A program made the position numbers and the translations under genes. From positions 6,562,029 to 6,626,028 of the forward strand of contig SMSO01000014.1 of assembly GCA_004764695.1 (NCBI GenBank): a stretch of DNA of 64,000 nucleotides. The letters are read 5' to 3'. Each line of letters opens with the position of its first letter. The first letter of the stretch is position 1. A model generated the notes under the pieces. The model was given only the letters and a program-made list of their open reading frames with translations. It was not told the DNA's origin and searched no databases. Source of the stretch: Schizochytrium sp. TIO01. Lineage: Eukaryota; Protista; Bigyra: Labyrinthulomycetes. Below are positions 1 to 12,276 of the stretch, piece after piece.

Positions 1-599
1 CGAGTATCTGGTCGAAGGAATTCGAGATTTAGTCGTCAGAAGCAAACCTTAAATATACAAGCAGAAATTATTCTAAACAGCACTTTGAACAGCAACCCAC
101 AAAGATTCCAATACCAAAAACCAAAACACAAACGTCAGCAGTTTTGAGCCGCAGTTGCGATCTCCCAAGCTTTCCGCAGCAGAATCTCACAACCGAAGGA
201 TACGGGTGTTGAAATAATCACTTGAAATGGCTCCTTCCTGAGAGAAAATGAACAAGCGTAAGTTTTGTTTTAACTTGAATATTGGAAAGAGCAGAAAGAA
301 CAGAACAACCCAAAACAATTATCATTCAAGATTGAAAAAATCGAAAACAAAGCAATTAAGAAATACGCGCTCATACGTCGCAGTTCTGGCGGCAAAGAGA
401 GAGGCGCCGGGCACCAACCGCAGTCTGCCAAGTGGCCTGCCTGCCGTGCGAGATCCTAGAGGAGGTCCTCGCGGCCGCAAAAACAAAAACAAAAAACTGC
501 AGTCAGCTTGGCTTGAATCTCCCAGGTCAGATCGGCTTGCTTCACAGCTTCTAGTAAGCAGCACGGGAACACGAAGTTAAGTAACCTGCAGGAGCAACG

Positions 600-1913
600 A
601 TGTCGCTCGCGCAATTCATGGCATCAATGATGGGCACCTCGTGCCCGTGTCTGGTGACATGGCTTCCCGTGGAGCAAGACCACCGCGGCAGCGATGACGA
701 CGAGGAGGTCCGTGTGCGGCTCAAGAGTGACCAAGATGTGGTGAGCCAGAGCAGCATGGTACGCCAGGACGACGAACTTCGCGTGAGACCTGCCTCGGGA
801 ATGTCTTCTAGGTCTGCAAGATCCCTAGCCTCCTCTTCATCTTCGTCATCGTCCAGTTCCCCGTCGCCCTCACCACCTCCTTTCACCGCGAGACGAAGCA
901 GCCTCGAAATGCGTAGTTCACAGCAGGATTTGCAGCAGGATTCGATGAAGCAGGACTTCGCAAAACAAGAGTTCACAAAGCAGGACTCCTCAAAGCACGA
1001 TATTGCAAAACATGTCACAACGAAACAGGACTCCATGAAGCTTGATGTGCAACCGCTGCCGCAGAAGAATGTTGAGTCACAACCTGTGAATTCGGGGGAC
1101 GACGAGAATGCATTCGGAGCTGACGAGGATTTTGTGGAGGAGAGTTGGAGCGATGAGGACTTTGAGGATAATGGGGACTTTGGACATGAAGATGATGGGA
1201 ACAACAAATGTGAAAATGTCACAGATGCCCAAAACCTGCTCAAGAAGGATGATGAGAAAGAGACAGTTGAGGAGAGCTGGAGTGACGAGGACTTTGATGG
1301 TGATGGTGATGGTGACTTTGGACATGGAGATGTTGAGAACGAAAAACCTGAAAATAGCATGGCGATTCAAGACCTTCTCAAGAAGGATGACGACCTAGAG
1401 AACAAACAAACAAGTGTGGGGCTTGTCGGAGATCAAGTAGAAGCTGTGGAGGTGCCTGTGGTCCGCGCGCCGCCACCGGCGCCTATCCCAATGGCCATCA
1501 AATCCCTCGGACGCTCAAACTTGTCGCTTGCTCGGCAGCCCAGTGAGGAGCAGGATATCTTTGGCACATACAGCGACAACATCGAGCAGCAGATCGAGGA
1601 AGACGATAAGAAGGACCGTGACGCTGCTTTGGCCATGTTTGCAGAGCTTGGAATGGGCAGCGCCCCAGACACTAGCCGCCTCATTGCTCCCAAGGCCAAG
1701 CCTGCCCTTGTGCAGGCAGCACCAAAACCAAGCCAACTTCTTTCCGCAGCTCTTGACTTTGACTCACCTGCTGGCGCTGGCTGGGGTGACGACGATGAAG
1801 TCGCTAACGGTAAATCTGGAGGTTGGGGTGATGACAACGAGTTGGGGGATGATGATATTGATCTAGATGCTATGGATGAAGGCGACCTTGACCGCTACCT
1901 TGAAGACAACTAA
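600..1913 (+). CDS. Acidic low-complexity protein (437 aa) with Trp-acidic motifs; possibly EBAG9/RCAS1-like
   Basis: Long ATG-initiated ORF. N-terminal CPC motif, duplicated VEESWSDEDF, C-terminal GWGDDD x2. The family call is weak. Confidence 0.75.
   Translation: MSLAQFMASMMGTSCPCLVTWLPVEQDHRGSDDDEEVRVRLKSDQDVVSQSSMVRQDDELRVRPASGMSSRSARSLASSSSSSSSSSPSPSPPPFTARRSSLEMRSSQQDLQQDSMKQDFAKQEFTKQDSSKHDIAKHVTTKQDSMKLDVQPLPQKNVESQPVNSGDDENAFGADEDFVEESWSDEDFEDNGDFGHEDDGNNKCENVTDAQNLLKKDDEKETVEESWSDEDFDGDGDGDFGHGDVENEKPENSMAIQDLLKKDDDLENKQTSVGLVGDQVEAVEVPVVRAPPPAPIPMAIKSLGRSNLSLARQPSEEQDIFGTYSDNIEQQIEEDDKKDRDAALAMFAELGMGSAPDTSRLIAPKAKPALVQAAPKPSQLLSAALDFDSPAGAGWGDDDEVANGKSGGWGDDNELGDDDIDLDAMDEGDLDRYLEDN
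920..1045 (+). repeat. Coding pentapeptide (15-nt) degenerate repeat xxKQD
   Basis: QQDLQQDSMKQDFAKQEFTKQDSSKHDIAKHVTTKQDSMKLD in the translation. Confidence 0.7.
1134..1392 (+). repeat. Two-copy ~132-nt internal tandem duplication in the CDS
   Basis: VEESWSDEDF..GDFGH..QNLLKKDD starts at 1134 and VEESWSDEDF..GDFGH..QDLLKKDD starts at 1266. Confidence 0.85.
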
Positions 1914-2955
1914 TATCAAACAAACCAAATCGAAACGACAAAAATTAACCTGTCGCCTGCCTGTTGATAAACACATTGACGTTTGAATGATTGGTTATTT
2001 TGTTTGATTGACTGTCGTTTGCTGGTTAGATTTTGAATATCGAATTCTCAGTCTAAATAAATTTGACGCCAATTGCGTACACTTCTGAAGACTTTGGAAG
2101 ACACTGTTGAGGAGAAAAAACAGTAAATGTGTTTATTTCGATCTGATGAAGACTCTCTCAAAGGACGAATATGACTATGTGTATAATGAATTCGTTGCAA
2201 CCAAAATTAGATGATGGCGATAATGGCTAAATGACAACATCTTTTTGTTTTTTCTCTCCCCATTTCCTGTTTTGTGTAAGCAATAACATACTTTTACTTG
2301 ATTAATTCTTCGTATAAAAAGCACCAACTATTTAGTTAAGCCTACCTTGAATACAGATACTCTTCAGTTGCGCTGAAAACCTAGGGGGGGCTAACTTTCG
2401 TGACAGGTGACAACTACTGTAGGAGAAATCATTTCTGTTGGACAAACAAATACCAATTTATTGTGTGAAAGAAAGCAAATGGGGACGTGGTTTCATAAAA
2501 AGCAAGTGATCTTTGACAAAAAGCACTAAATTCTGCTACTGTGGGTATGGTAGGTTTGAGCACTCTATGCAATTATTTTCCAACTAATTTATTGATGTTG
2601 ATAGGAGAAGCGCTATAATTAATGCAATCCCCGTTTGCTACCGTATGAAAAAAAGCTATAGCGACTGAGAAATTATAATACTTAAGTAGAACGCCAACTT
2701 CTCACTCGGGTTCTGCAAGTCAGTGCGGGTGCATTGCCTCGCATAGAGCGGAAACCAGTTATATGCCAAGATTATATAGATTGAGCAAATGGGTGTGTGC
2801 ACTAGAAATAAGAAAAAGAGGCCGTAACCCACATGCATCGTGTCTAAGCCTATTAGCAAACCGACACTTCTCATAGAGCAGGCCTTTCGTACTCCCTAAG
2901 AGGTTTGAGGTATAGACAACTCTACTATCAGAGATGCAAGATGCAAGTAAAAGGT

Positions 2956-4700
2956 TTAAAGAGCATCAATAGCAGGCTTTGGTGGATCAAAGAACTCAGC
3001 TTCATGCATGCGCTGCTCAATTGCTGCTTTAGCTTCTGTGTTGCGATCTGCATCTTCCATGTCCTCATCAGCTTCAGGATCAACACTATCAGGAGGCTGT
3101 GCTGATTGCAAACTAGTAGCCTGGAGGCCTGGGACATGCTCGAGGCTCTCAAGACGTTGAGCAATAGTTTGGTAAATTTTCTGAAGGTCTGCGGGCTTGT
3201 TTCTATTTTCCATATTGCTTGGCGTGATGTGCAGGTTGTAATCAGGTGCGTAGTACTCATAGTACAGGTTATGGGGGAGAGGATTCTCAACCTCCTTGTT
3301 CACAAGAATGCTGGTCTCGTAGGTCCAGCAGCGTGCGACATTGCGCATCGTGTAGCCGCCACCGCCAAGGACAAGTACTGGGACATTGAAGCTTTTGACA
3401 TAAGAAACACAGTCACCATGACCACGGAGGGAGAGGTTGAAACAGCCAAGACGGTCACCTGAAAGAGAGTCGGAGCCACATTGCAAAAGGACAGCCTCAG
3501 GAGCAAAAGTCTCAAAGATCTTCTTGATCACAGGACGGAAAATGCTCACAAATGTTTGATCATCCATACCCTCCTGCAGAGGCACATTTACAGCATAACC
3601 GGCACCTTTTCCAGCGCCAACATCTTCAAGGCAGCCGGTGTGCGGGAAAAAGTCTCCGTAGCGATGGAATGAACAGGTCATGACTCGGTTCGTTGTGTAA
3701 AATGCCTCTTCAACACCATCACCGTGATGCACGTCAATATCGATGTAGAGAACACGCTGGTGATACTTCAACAACTCAAGAATACCAAGAACACAGTCGT
3801 TCACATAGCAGAATCCAGAGGCTTCAGACTTTTTGGCATGGTGTAATCCTCCAGACCAGTTGATGACAATATCCGAAGTCTTGGCGTTCAGGCGCTTTGC
3901 GCCACCAACACTGCCACTTGAGTAGATCTGAACATAGTCAAAAAGACCATCAAAAACAGGACAATCGTCGCCGACGTTAACTGTTTTAGATGAATGATTA
4001 GCAACTACAACGTCAGTCTTAATTTAGATTAGAAGGAAAACAATGAGCGGCAAAAGAAATCATGTCCAAAAAGAAAGTTTACCGTGGTAGGAATACACCA
4101 TATTAAAAACTTTCCAAGGGCATCTGGACGGCTCAAGTGGGGAGAAAATAAACTTACATCTCTGTAGTTGCCGCACGTATTGTTCCATGTTGTCTGGTGT
4201 CACCATACGCAGGAAGTTCACGTAGTCATCAGAGTGAAACTTTGTGATATCAGCCTGACTGATGAGGGGCGGGCGATAGACATCAAGATACTTATACAGC
4301 CCATACGTCACAATTAAGTGGTGGGCCATCCGCACGCGATGCGGCTTCATTGGGTGTCCCTCCGCATAGTGAAAGTTGCCAATCTCACCTGTCACGCGCA
4401 ACAGCAACAAAAGATAATAATTTCCAAAAAGTCAGCTCACAATCCTAATTGCTTCAAAACCATTCACCCTCGAGCTACGAGCTGTCCCGATTGAGCCCAA
4501 ATTTCTCCTCTGTTAAACACCCTTTGACGCAATTGGGGTATAGCCAAGTTCCTCTCTGAAGAAATAGCATCGATGAGATCGCTCTCCACAAATCAAATTG
4601 ATATGGGCGCTCGCTCATCACCGTTGGCTAGTCCTATCCGCGTAGGTGATGATGTGAACTTACTATCATAGAAGTATGAGACACGGCGTTTTCCGCTCAT
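2956..4700 (-). CDS. HDAC1: Class I histone deacetylase (HDAC1/RPD3 type), 3 exons: 4700-4664, 4388-4158, 3980-2956
   Basis: Spliced reading [30 protein letters not shown]...LQR-FNVGDDCP...[19 protein letters not shown]...[16 protein letters not shown]...GGGGY. Both introns have GTAAGT donors and CAG acceptors and keep the frame. Confidence 0.96.
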
Positions 4701-5496
4701 GGCTGCTAGCCAGTCAGGTTAACTGCAAAGAGTTCACGCTTAAAGCTCTTCGAAAGTCGCTGGGATGCGAGTCCGTGGTGGCCTGGATGCTAATGCGGTC
4801 AATGTCAGGCCTCTGAGCGGGTTGCTGCGAGCGCGGCGCCAGAGGAGGGCTAGTGTCGAGGATTGGACCGCAGATGCAGTGATCTTGGACCACAGCCTTG
4901 AGGAGAGCGTACTCCCAAGCGCCGGAGCGAACGGGTCGCGGGATTGGAGCGAGTCGCGGTCAAATCAACGCTGCTGTAATATGAAAATAATGAAGATGCC
5001 TCAAATGAAACTTTCCTTATATAATAAACTTTAGCGGTACTATACTATTGCTTATTCTTTAACTTCACTTTAAAATACTTCTACCTTAGGCGCTCTAATA
5101 GACTACCATATTTATCATAACTACCTACCTACGTAGTACTCATAGCTCTAAGAGGCGGCAAAAAAAGACAGGGAAAGAGTAGTTTGTGTCTGCCTTCTGG
5201 TGGATAAAATGGGTTTAAGAATGGTATGCAGCTTCGGAAATGCCGTCCTGTAAATGCAGAACTATCAAAAGTTCATGGTCCATGCTCATGAGCTTGGCAT
5301 CGCACGGAGGGGTCAAACATAATTTTGGATTTTTTCTGATCCTATGGCTGCTTTGGTTTTAAAACTGGCAACAGCGTTGCTGGTAGTGCGAAATACGACA
5401 TAATGATAAGGGAGATTTCGAGATAATGCAGAACAGTAAAAAGTTCGGAAGGTATTTTTAGAACATATTCTTTGGATTTTAGAGGATTTATCTGAA

Positions 5497-6486
5497 TCAC
5501 CGCCTCAGCTGCTCGTCGAAGTCGATGTCTGGTACGAAGCTTGGGGGCGCCGGGTAAGAGTGCTTGATTTTTGGCGTAAAGATAGGCTCCCCCGTAAATG
5601 TACGAGAAACACTTAGGCGCATAGATAAACGCTCCCAGTGGTTGCCTCTTAGGCGCCACAACTTCCCTGCTTTATCTTTGAGGCCCCATGCTCGCTGCTT
5701 TGCAGTTTGCTTGCGCCTGACCTCCTCCTCAATCTCTCTTTTCTCAGCTTTGACCCCCGCGAAAAACTTTCGTAGTCTTTTGCTTTTTTCATTCTTAGGA
5801 ACACTGGGGCTATTGATGCTGTCGCTCATATCCTCGGCCTGTTCAAAAGTGGGCTTGACACTGTCAATTTCAGCCTGGGTCAAGCGCATATGCCCGGGGA
5901 GTTTGCTTTGAACGCGTTCTACGACCTCTGCAGAGTTACCATCATTGGTAATGGCAGAGATAGCAACGAGTTCTAGGATTTCTTTTTGCGTCATATCAGT
6001 TGGCGGATGCACAAGAAATGTTGCTGCAGCCGCAACCTGAGCTTCCTCATATGTCATGCCAAATTTTTCCTTATAAAGAAACGGAGCACCATATCTCAAA
6101 GTTTCTAGCATTTCATACGTTTCTTCACCTTCATCCCCATCTCCTTTTATGAGAGCATTGTAGACTTCGCAATTTTCTCTGTCTTTTTTTGATTCCCAAA
6201 GGCAAAGGAACACACGTGAAAGGCCAAAGCGCTCAAGACTTTTGTTACACCTGTTGAGGTTTTGACGATACTTCTGCTCAAGATTGTACCAATTGAAGCT
6301 ATTCTTACCCTCTTTTTCTGCTTGTAAGACTGATTGATTTCGTTGCGTTGCATGTGTTCCACCAAATGAACATCCTGGACAAGTTACAAAGCCTTTAATA
6401 TGGAACTGCAAGCCTGCTCTCATATCTCGCTTCTTAATAACTTTTTTATGGAGAGCTTTTTCAAGCTCAGGCCTTATATCACCCAT
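5497..6486 (-). CDS. Unknown-family protein, paralog 1 (~329 aa from the first ATG)
   Basis: Long ORF clearly homologous to 8253-9260 and 13433-14458. The ATG at 6486 aligns with the paralog N-termini; the track's 6561 start is TTG. Confidence 0.85.
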   Translation of the reverse strand: MGDIRPELEKALHKKVIKKRDMRAGLQFHIKGFVTCPGCSFGGTHATQRNQSVLQAEKEGKNSFNWYNLEQKYRQNLNRCNKSLERFGLSRVFLCLWESKKDRENCEVYNALIKGDGDEGEETYEMLETLRYGAPFLYKEKFGMTYEEAQVAAAATFLVHPPTDMTQKEILELVAISAITNDGNSAEVVERVQSKLPGHMRLTQAEIDSVKPTFEQAEDMSDSINSPSVPKNEKSKRLRKFFAGVKAEKREIEEEVRRKQTAKQRAWGLKDKAGKLWRLRGNHWERLSMRLSVSRTFTGEPIFTPKIKHSYPAPPSFVPDIDFDEQLRR

Positions 6487-8252
6487 TGCGAGTTTAAGTT
6501 TGAGGTCTGAATATCGTGTTTGCTGATCAGGTTTTGCTGTCTTTTGCCAAGGTAAGTCCAAATCCAGGCGAGCTATAAGTTGAAGCTAGTAAATACTAGT
6601 ATGAGGATGGAATCTTTCTGCCTAGTTCTGAAAAGCTTAGCTGTAATGGGACCGTTATCAATAGTACTAGTATCAACTCAGTAGCAACCTAAAGTCCGCG
6701 AAGCGCGTGCAACAAGTTATTCTTGATCTTCCAGATACATGAAGGGATTCACACGTGTGCAGACAGTAGGTATATACGGCAACTTTAATTACTTGCTTTA
6801 TAAATTACTCATTCTAATCTACTGGAAAGAGACTATAAGTTTTCAATACTGGCCAGCTAAGATCATCTATTTCCTTTATCGGAATGTTTCCAGCCTGGTG
6901 CGTGAGCCTTTAACCATACCAGTTGCAGTTTTGTCCTTTCAATCTGCTCTCGTGTTTTAAAGAAACAGCCCAGGGAAACACTAGTAATACCATACCATAA
7001 AATGGTAGCAGCGGCAATGAAAAATAAATAAACTACTAGTAGTAGGTAAGAAGTATTTTCTCATTGAGTTGCAGGCATGACTAGCTACTCCCTAGGCGCT
7101 GTGGTAGTAGTAGTATTCATCCAAAATCGAGAAAACATTAACAAACAGAGTGAGTGATCATGTTTGTGAGTTTCGATCTCTAAAATCTACCCAGACACTG
7201 AAAATGCGTAGCTTTGTGTGTGCACGTCGTTGCCATGATGATCTTCGAGTTTGGTGTGTGGCTTGTGCTGGACACCAAGCCCAGCGAGCATCTGCAGTCA
7301 ACTTTCGAAACTTGCGCAGATACCTAGGTAGAGGATGGCTCAACACTTGAGGATTGAACACGGTTTCGAAACCCGAGTCCTAAATCTTGAAGGATTCGTG
7401 GAGTGTCCAGCAGTTGCGAGGTAGCAGTGAATAAGTACCTACAACTGAGATCTTAGTCAAAGCAGTCATCAATTCCAGAAAGAAAAGGAGGAAGGGTCGG
7501 GACGCTGAATAAATGGCATTAGTAGGCTCTCTACTAGAGCGACCAAGCACGGAAGACTAGAAAGCTGTGCAGAATGAATGGACAGCCTGCTCCCGGTTTG
7601 ATTACCTCCAGAAATAGTCGTGCAGACACGCGCGTACACAGTTTTAACAGCAAAAGTGGTCGAGAACCCCAACGCTAAGTTACATCAAGTTGTTTCTATC
7701 GTGGGCACCTAGTGTGACAAGTAAGCCCAATTAGCGCTCTTGAAAAATAAACAATTTACACACCATTCTTGATCAAAGGCTTCAGCTTGCTTTCTCAGAT
7801 GCTGCAAGGATCGATGGACACAAGATCTTCCTGTCGTTTGAAAATGGGATGAATGGAGTCTGGCAGCACTGCACAAGTAGTACAAAAGAAAAGGTGAAGG
7901 GCTTCACTGCTAATTCTCCAGATTCTGTGGAAATCAATCCTCAAAACAAAGGAGCGACAAAGAAGTGACAAAAAAGTAAAAGACCTTTATGAGAATCTCT
8001 CTAAATTGGTCAGGAGGCAGCAGCCTTTTGCCTACCCCAAGCAAATCAAAAGTATATGTAGAAGGGGATTAGAGTCGTGTTTCCTGGTTTTTATGTTGGT
8101 TAGGGAAGAAAAGAAGACAAAAAGAAAAACATGCTTTTTTGAGGTTGTGAGTATTCAAATTCTTGATTTATTCACGCTTTCAAAGAAAGTTAAAGGCCGT
8201 AAGTAATAACCAGCGCGCGTACAAGAGATTTGAGCAATCACGCAAGGGCGAT

Positions 8253-9260
8253 TCACCGGGTTTGGTGGTATCTGGGATGATCTCGATGCCAGTGGGTGCC
8301 TTTAAGCTGTTGCTCAAAATCGATCTCTGGAACAAAGCCTGGCTCCCCTGGATGGGTGTTTTTGATTTTAGGTGTAAAAAGGGGCTCTCCATTTGCCAAG
8401 CGAGACATGCTGTATCGAACAGATAGGCGCTCCCAACGATTACTACGAAGACGCCATAATTTGCCAAATTTATCACGGATACCCCATGCCTTTTGCTGAC
8501 GTGTTTGTAGGCGCTCTACTTCCTCGTTAATTTTGGGGGAAGGTAAGGGCCGATTGTTAAAGAAAGCCTCCACGGTACTACGCTTATCACTTATGTCAGT
8601 GTTTTCCGCAATGGCCTGGCCAAGGTTTTCAGCCCTTGTGAATTTCTCACGAAGTTCATCCATCTTATCTTCTGGGATACGCAGACCTTCGGGCAGTTTT
8701 TCCTGTACCTGATCAAGAACTTCGGCAGAATTTCCTTCGTTTGTAATTGCTGCAATCAAGATTAACTCTTCGACTTGATCAGAATTAAGATCAGGAATAT
8801 CAGCAGAGTACAGAGCAGCCGCTGCTGCGACTTGAGCCTCTTCAATAGTTAAATTCTCATTCGTAAGTTGAAAGGGCGCGCCATATCTCCATGCTTCAAG
8901 CATATCGAAAGTTTCTTTATCTTTCGCAAGCAGATTGTATGCACGGCACTTCTGAAAGCTTCCCTCATGACCCCAGTAGCACAGAAAGGTTCGTCGAATG
9001 CCGTAAGGCTCAATGTGTTCATTCAACTTCTGAAGGCTCTGACGGTATTCTAACTCGCGAACATGCCAAAACAAGGCCTCGTCTCCTTTTGCTGATTTAA
9101 CCCGATTTCGAGCTGCAAGATGTTGTCCACTCAAGCACCCAAGGCACGCAGACGTAGATCCTATGTAATATGTAAACCCTGCCCGCAGCTCATCTCTGGT
9201 AATCTCCCCATCTGCATATGCCCGGGATAGGCGTGCACCCATTTGATACCCTTCGGCCAT
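8253..9260 (-). CDS. Unknown-family protein, paralog 2 (335 aa)
   Basis: ATG ORF sharing the motifs CxGC..G.H, FLC, YGAPF, EEAQVAAAA, WRLR..WERLS, GEPLFTPKIK, FVPxIDF. Confidence 0.88.
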   Translation of the reverse strand: MAEGYQMGARLSRAYADGEITRDELRAGFTYYIGSTSACLGCLSGQHLAARNRVKSAKGDEALFWHVRELEYRQSLQKLNEHIEPYGIRRTFLCYWGHEGSFQKCRAYNLLAKDKETFDMLEAWRYGAPFQLTNENLTIEEAQVAAAAALYSADIPDLNSDQVEELILIAAITNEGNSAEVLDQVQEKLPEGLRIPEDKMDELREKFTRAENLGQAIAENTDISDKRSTVEAFFNNRPLPSPKINEEVERLQTRQQKAWGIRDKFGKLWRLRSNRWERLSVRYSMSRLANGEPLFTPKIKNTHPGEPGFVPEIDFEQQLKGTHWHRDHPRYHQTR

Positions 9261-10800
9261 GGTGCCTTGCCTTCAATCAGTGGGGAGGGCAACCTGCTCT
9301 GCGCTGCGAGGCTCCCGACCCTTCGCTCAAAGTTTTGAGGTTTTATCAATTAGCGATATGCCACAACCACTAGCCCCGTTTAAAGCCCAGCTAGCTGGGT
9401 TGTCGCAGAGACTCGCTCAATCAACCATGACGAATCGCAGATCCTTTTCCCCTCACAAAATTTGAACTTGAATGACATTCGTAAGACTGGCACCTGCAAG
9501 TCCTACAGATACCTCTAGCAGGCCACTCTAACCACCGCAAATACGTGCTGAGCATTCCTAATAAGGACTAGTCAACCATAGCATAGTAAGTACTGTAGGT
9601 GTGCACCTCAGGTCAGGGATAGCAAAATTTAGAGCGCCTGATAGCAATTACTAAGAGGTCTGCGAGTGACTCGAGAATGGATCACTTCCGCAAATGGGTG
9701 TCCATTGCTCAAGCTTAATTTTTTGCCTAGGAACAGTTCGCGAGTCGCGAGTCATGCGTCGTGGCTAACTTGACGCGAGCGTCGAAGAAAAGGTGGTAGA
9801 GTGCGTCAACTCAAGAGAATCCAATGCCATGGTCAGCCCTGCGCGACACGGCGGCCGGCCCGTGGCGAGCCTGAGGGCGTCTTAGAGACCTTTCCATGTG
9901 GGATGAATAATGTGATTTCAGGCCTGGTGCCTTCTGAGTACCTAGGTGTCTGAAAATGTTCAAGGCGCTAGTGCACACCGGTGTGCTTGAAGTTGTGGAA
10001 GCCTGAGTATGAATTGGAGATGGTAGGCTGAGGTTTCTGTTATCGAAGTGGGCGTCCGCAACCATTGACTACGAGAACATAAGCTTTTAAGTATCTCTGT
10101 TAGGAAGGAAAATATGAAGTGCGGATTCCGCACCAATCGCGCAAGCGATGAGAAATCACTACTATTACCTATGATCTACTAGTACCTAAGTTACCAAAAG
10201 GTACCTAAATCTCTGGAAAAACCACGGACGCTGTCTGTGGTGGATCGCTGACGCACTTGCAAGTTTCATGCAAAAGGGTACAGCAAATAGCTAGCGTGAC
10301 GGAAGACAATTTACAAACTGAGCTACTAAAAATTGAAATTAAAGATACCTTAGTTGTTTTTTAGTTTCTTCTGCTGACTTGATATAGGCCTAAGGCCATA
10401 TCATAAAGCTCGGAGGGTTTTGTCCGACAGCAATGACGCGAGCACTTGAGTACGCAAAGCGTTCAATTTTGGTCGGAGTGCAATTCCAAGTTTCGAAAAT
10501 CAGTAGAACAATTGAGTAGAGTGAATTTAGAATCAAACTTAATTCAAACACCATGGTAGTCTATGAACTGTGTTCAGACGGCATCATTCCGAAATAAATG
10601 GAGGAGATGCAAAGGGTATCTGCATAGAGGGGCTCCATATTGGACTACAGAACTTAAAGGGTGCTGATATTGCATCTAAAAACCAGAATGTGCTATGCAG
10701 CATCAGCTACCAGAGTAGAAACTAAAGCAGCACTGGAGTAAATCTTGCTTTGTGACAGTCTCGTAGTATCAATGGCCACAGTAATGATCCTAGATCTTCA

Positions 10801-12276
10801 CTAGCCTGAAGCAGAAACTTCAAATGGTAGATTCCAGTCGCGGACTAGTTTCCGCAGATGGCGTATCTGACTTGGGGTCAAGCGCATTGCAATATCTACA
10901 TCATTACTTGATGTACGCGGCACTATTGTTCGAAATGCGCACATCGTAATGCCCGTTCCAGTAAGGAGCTGAGAAGGGTTTTCGCCACTTCCAAAATCCA
11001 TGCCATCAAACCAGTCAAACTTGCACCACGAATTTGCAAGCTGCATATAAGGTTCATCTAGAAAAACCGGAGGAATAAGTTTTGTGCGGCACGAGTCCAA
11101 AACACCGGGTGTGTTTTGCGCTGAGTTATACCATGTATGATATTGCAGAAGCTTTTCTTTCTCGTCAAGTTTTTCTCGAAAACTGTTATGGAAGGACATA
11201 GCGGTCTGCGCAATTCTTTGAAGCGGATTAGTGAAAATTGTCCCGGCATCCGTGTCTGCAACCACAAAAACATTACTGTTGCCAATGTAGTCCTTCGGGA
11301 AAGCATCAATGTTTTGCTGACGTAGATCAAGATTAATTGCAACACGAACCCTCGTGTCTTTTGGTGCACCTCGAAGTTCGTAATCTAGCACAATGAATGC
11401 CGCTTGGATTGCCTCAAATGACGAAATCCACTCCTTCGCAGGAAGGTGCCTTTGCAAAGAGGCCTTAAACGCGGCAACATTCTGAACTCTGACCTCACAA
11501 GGTGATGCAAACACTTGACTAGAGATTGCTCTCGGCATTGCTAAAAAATTCCCAAGGCGAGATCGTGTAAGGACATCTGGTAGCTTCTTTAGTAAATCAT
11601 CCTTTGTGCATTCGGTTGCATCAGGCACAACGAAACGAGGTGGAGACGTTAAAGATGCCACCTTCCCACTGCACCCCGCTGACCACAATCGAAGTAGCAT
11701 TGCCATAGATGCTCCATCTGCAAGGCCATGATTTACCCTGATCGAAAGGACAGAGCGATTGGACGCCGGGAACAATGTGAGTCGCGCGAGAATCAGCGGA
11801 TGATCCGGCTTGAGCGGTGTCACAAACCCTGACCCAAGCGCAATACCGCATTTTTCCAGCTCTTTAGAGGTGACTGAGTTATCCCATATCCATTCAGTAC
11901 TCTTGGTAATAATGGTGAGTGGTACAGTACCTCCAAAGTCTTGAATTTTGCCATCCCGAATGCGACCAGAGAGCGCAGGAAAAGCAAAAAGAGCGCGAGA
12001 AAGCCCTAGAGAAACCTTGTCTTTGTCAAGTACAATATCGAAAACCCACGTTACAGAAGAAAAGGCCTCTTTGAGCGAGATATCACAGCCGCTGAGAGGC
12101 ACGGGTGACGTCAAGCTATCTGAAAGCGTCTGCTCGGGAGCCACGTTGAAATACTCAAGCTGCAGAGGGTCTGGCTTTTTCTTACGAAGTCTCCATATTA
12201 ATCCTAGAGTAATGGCGGATATTGTTGCGCAGACCAGCCCTTGTTGAAGAGATGTCAGCATTACTGCAAAAGGCAT
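10801..12276 (-). CDS. BAHD/transferase-family CoA-dependent acyltransferase with N-terminal hydrophobic anchor
   Basis: FPALSGRI motif, catalytic HxxxD (NHGLADGASM), YIGN, DFGWG-like MDFGSG; N-terminal TM-like segment followed by RLRKKK. Confidence 0.85.
   Translation of the reverse strand: MPFAVMLTSLQQGLVCATISAITLGLIWRLRKKKPDPLQLEYFNVAPEQTLSDSLTSPVPLSGCDISLKEAFSSVTWVFDIVLDKDKVSLGLSRALFAFPALSGRIRDGKIQDFGGTVPLTIITKSTEWIWDNSVTSKELEKCGIALGSGFVTPLKPDHPLILARLTLFPASNRSVLSIRVNHGLADGASMAMLLRLWSAGCSGKVASLTSPPRFVVPDATECTKDDLLKKLPDVLTRSRLGNFLAMPRAISSQVFASPCEVRVQNVAAFKASLQRHLPAKEWISSFEAIQAAFIVLDYELRGAPKDTRVRVAINLDLRQQNIDAFPKDYIGNSNVFVVADTDAGTIFTNPLQRIAQTAMSFHNSFREKLDEKEKLLQYHTWYNSAQNTPGVLDSCRTKLIPPVFLDEPYMQLANSWCKFDWFDGMDFGSGENPSQLLTGTGITMCAFRTIVPRTSSNDVDIAMRLTPSQIRHLRKLVRDWNLPFEVSASG

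Noticed and set aside
4060-4410. Track ORFs 4060-4410 and 2956-3804 as separate genes
   Set aside because: They are exons of one spliced HDAC gene
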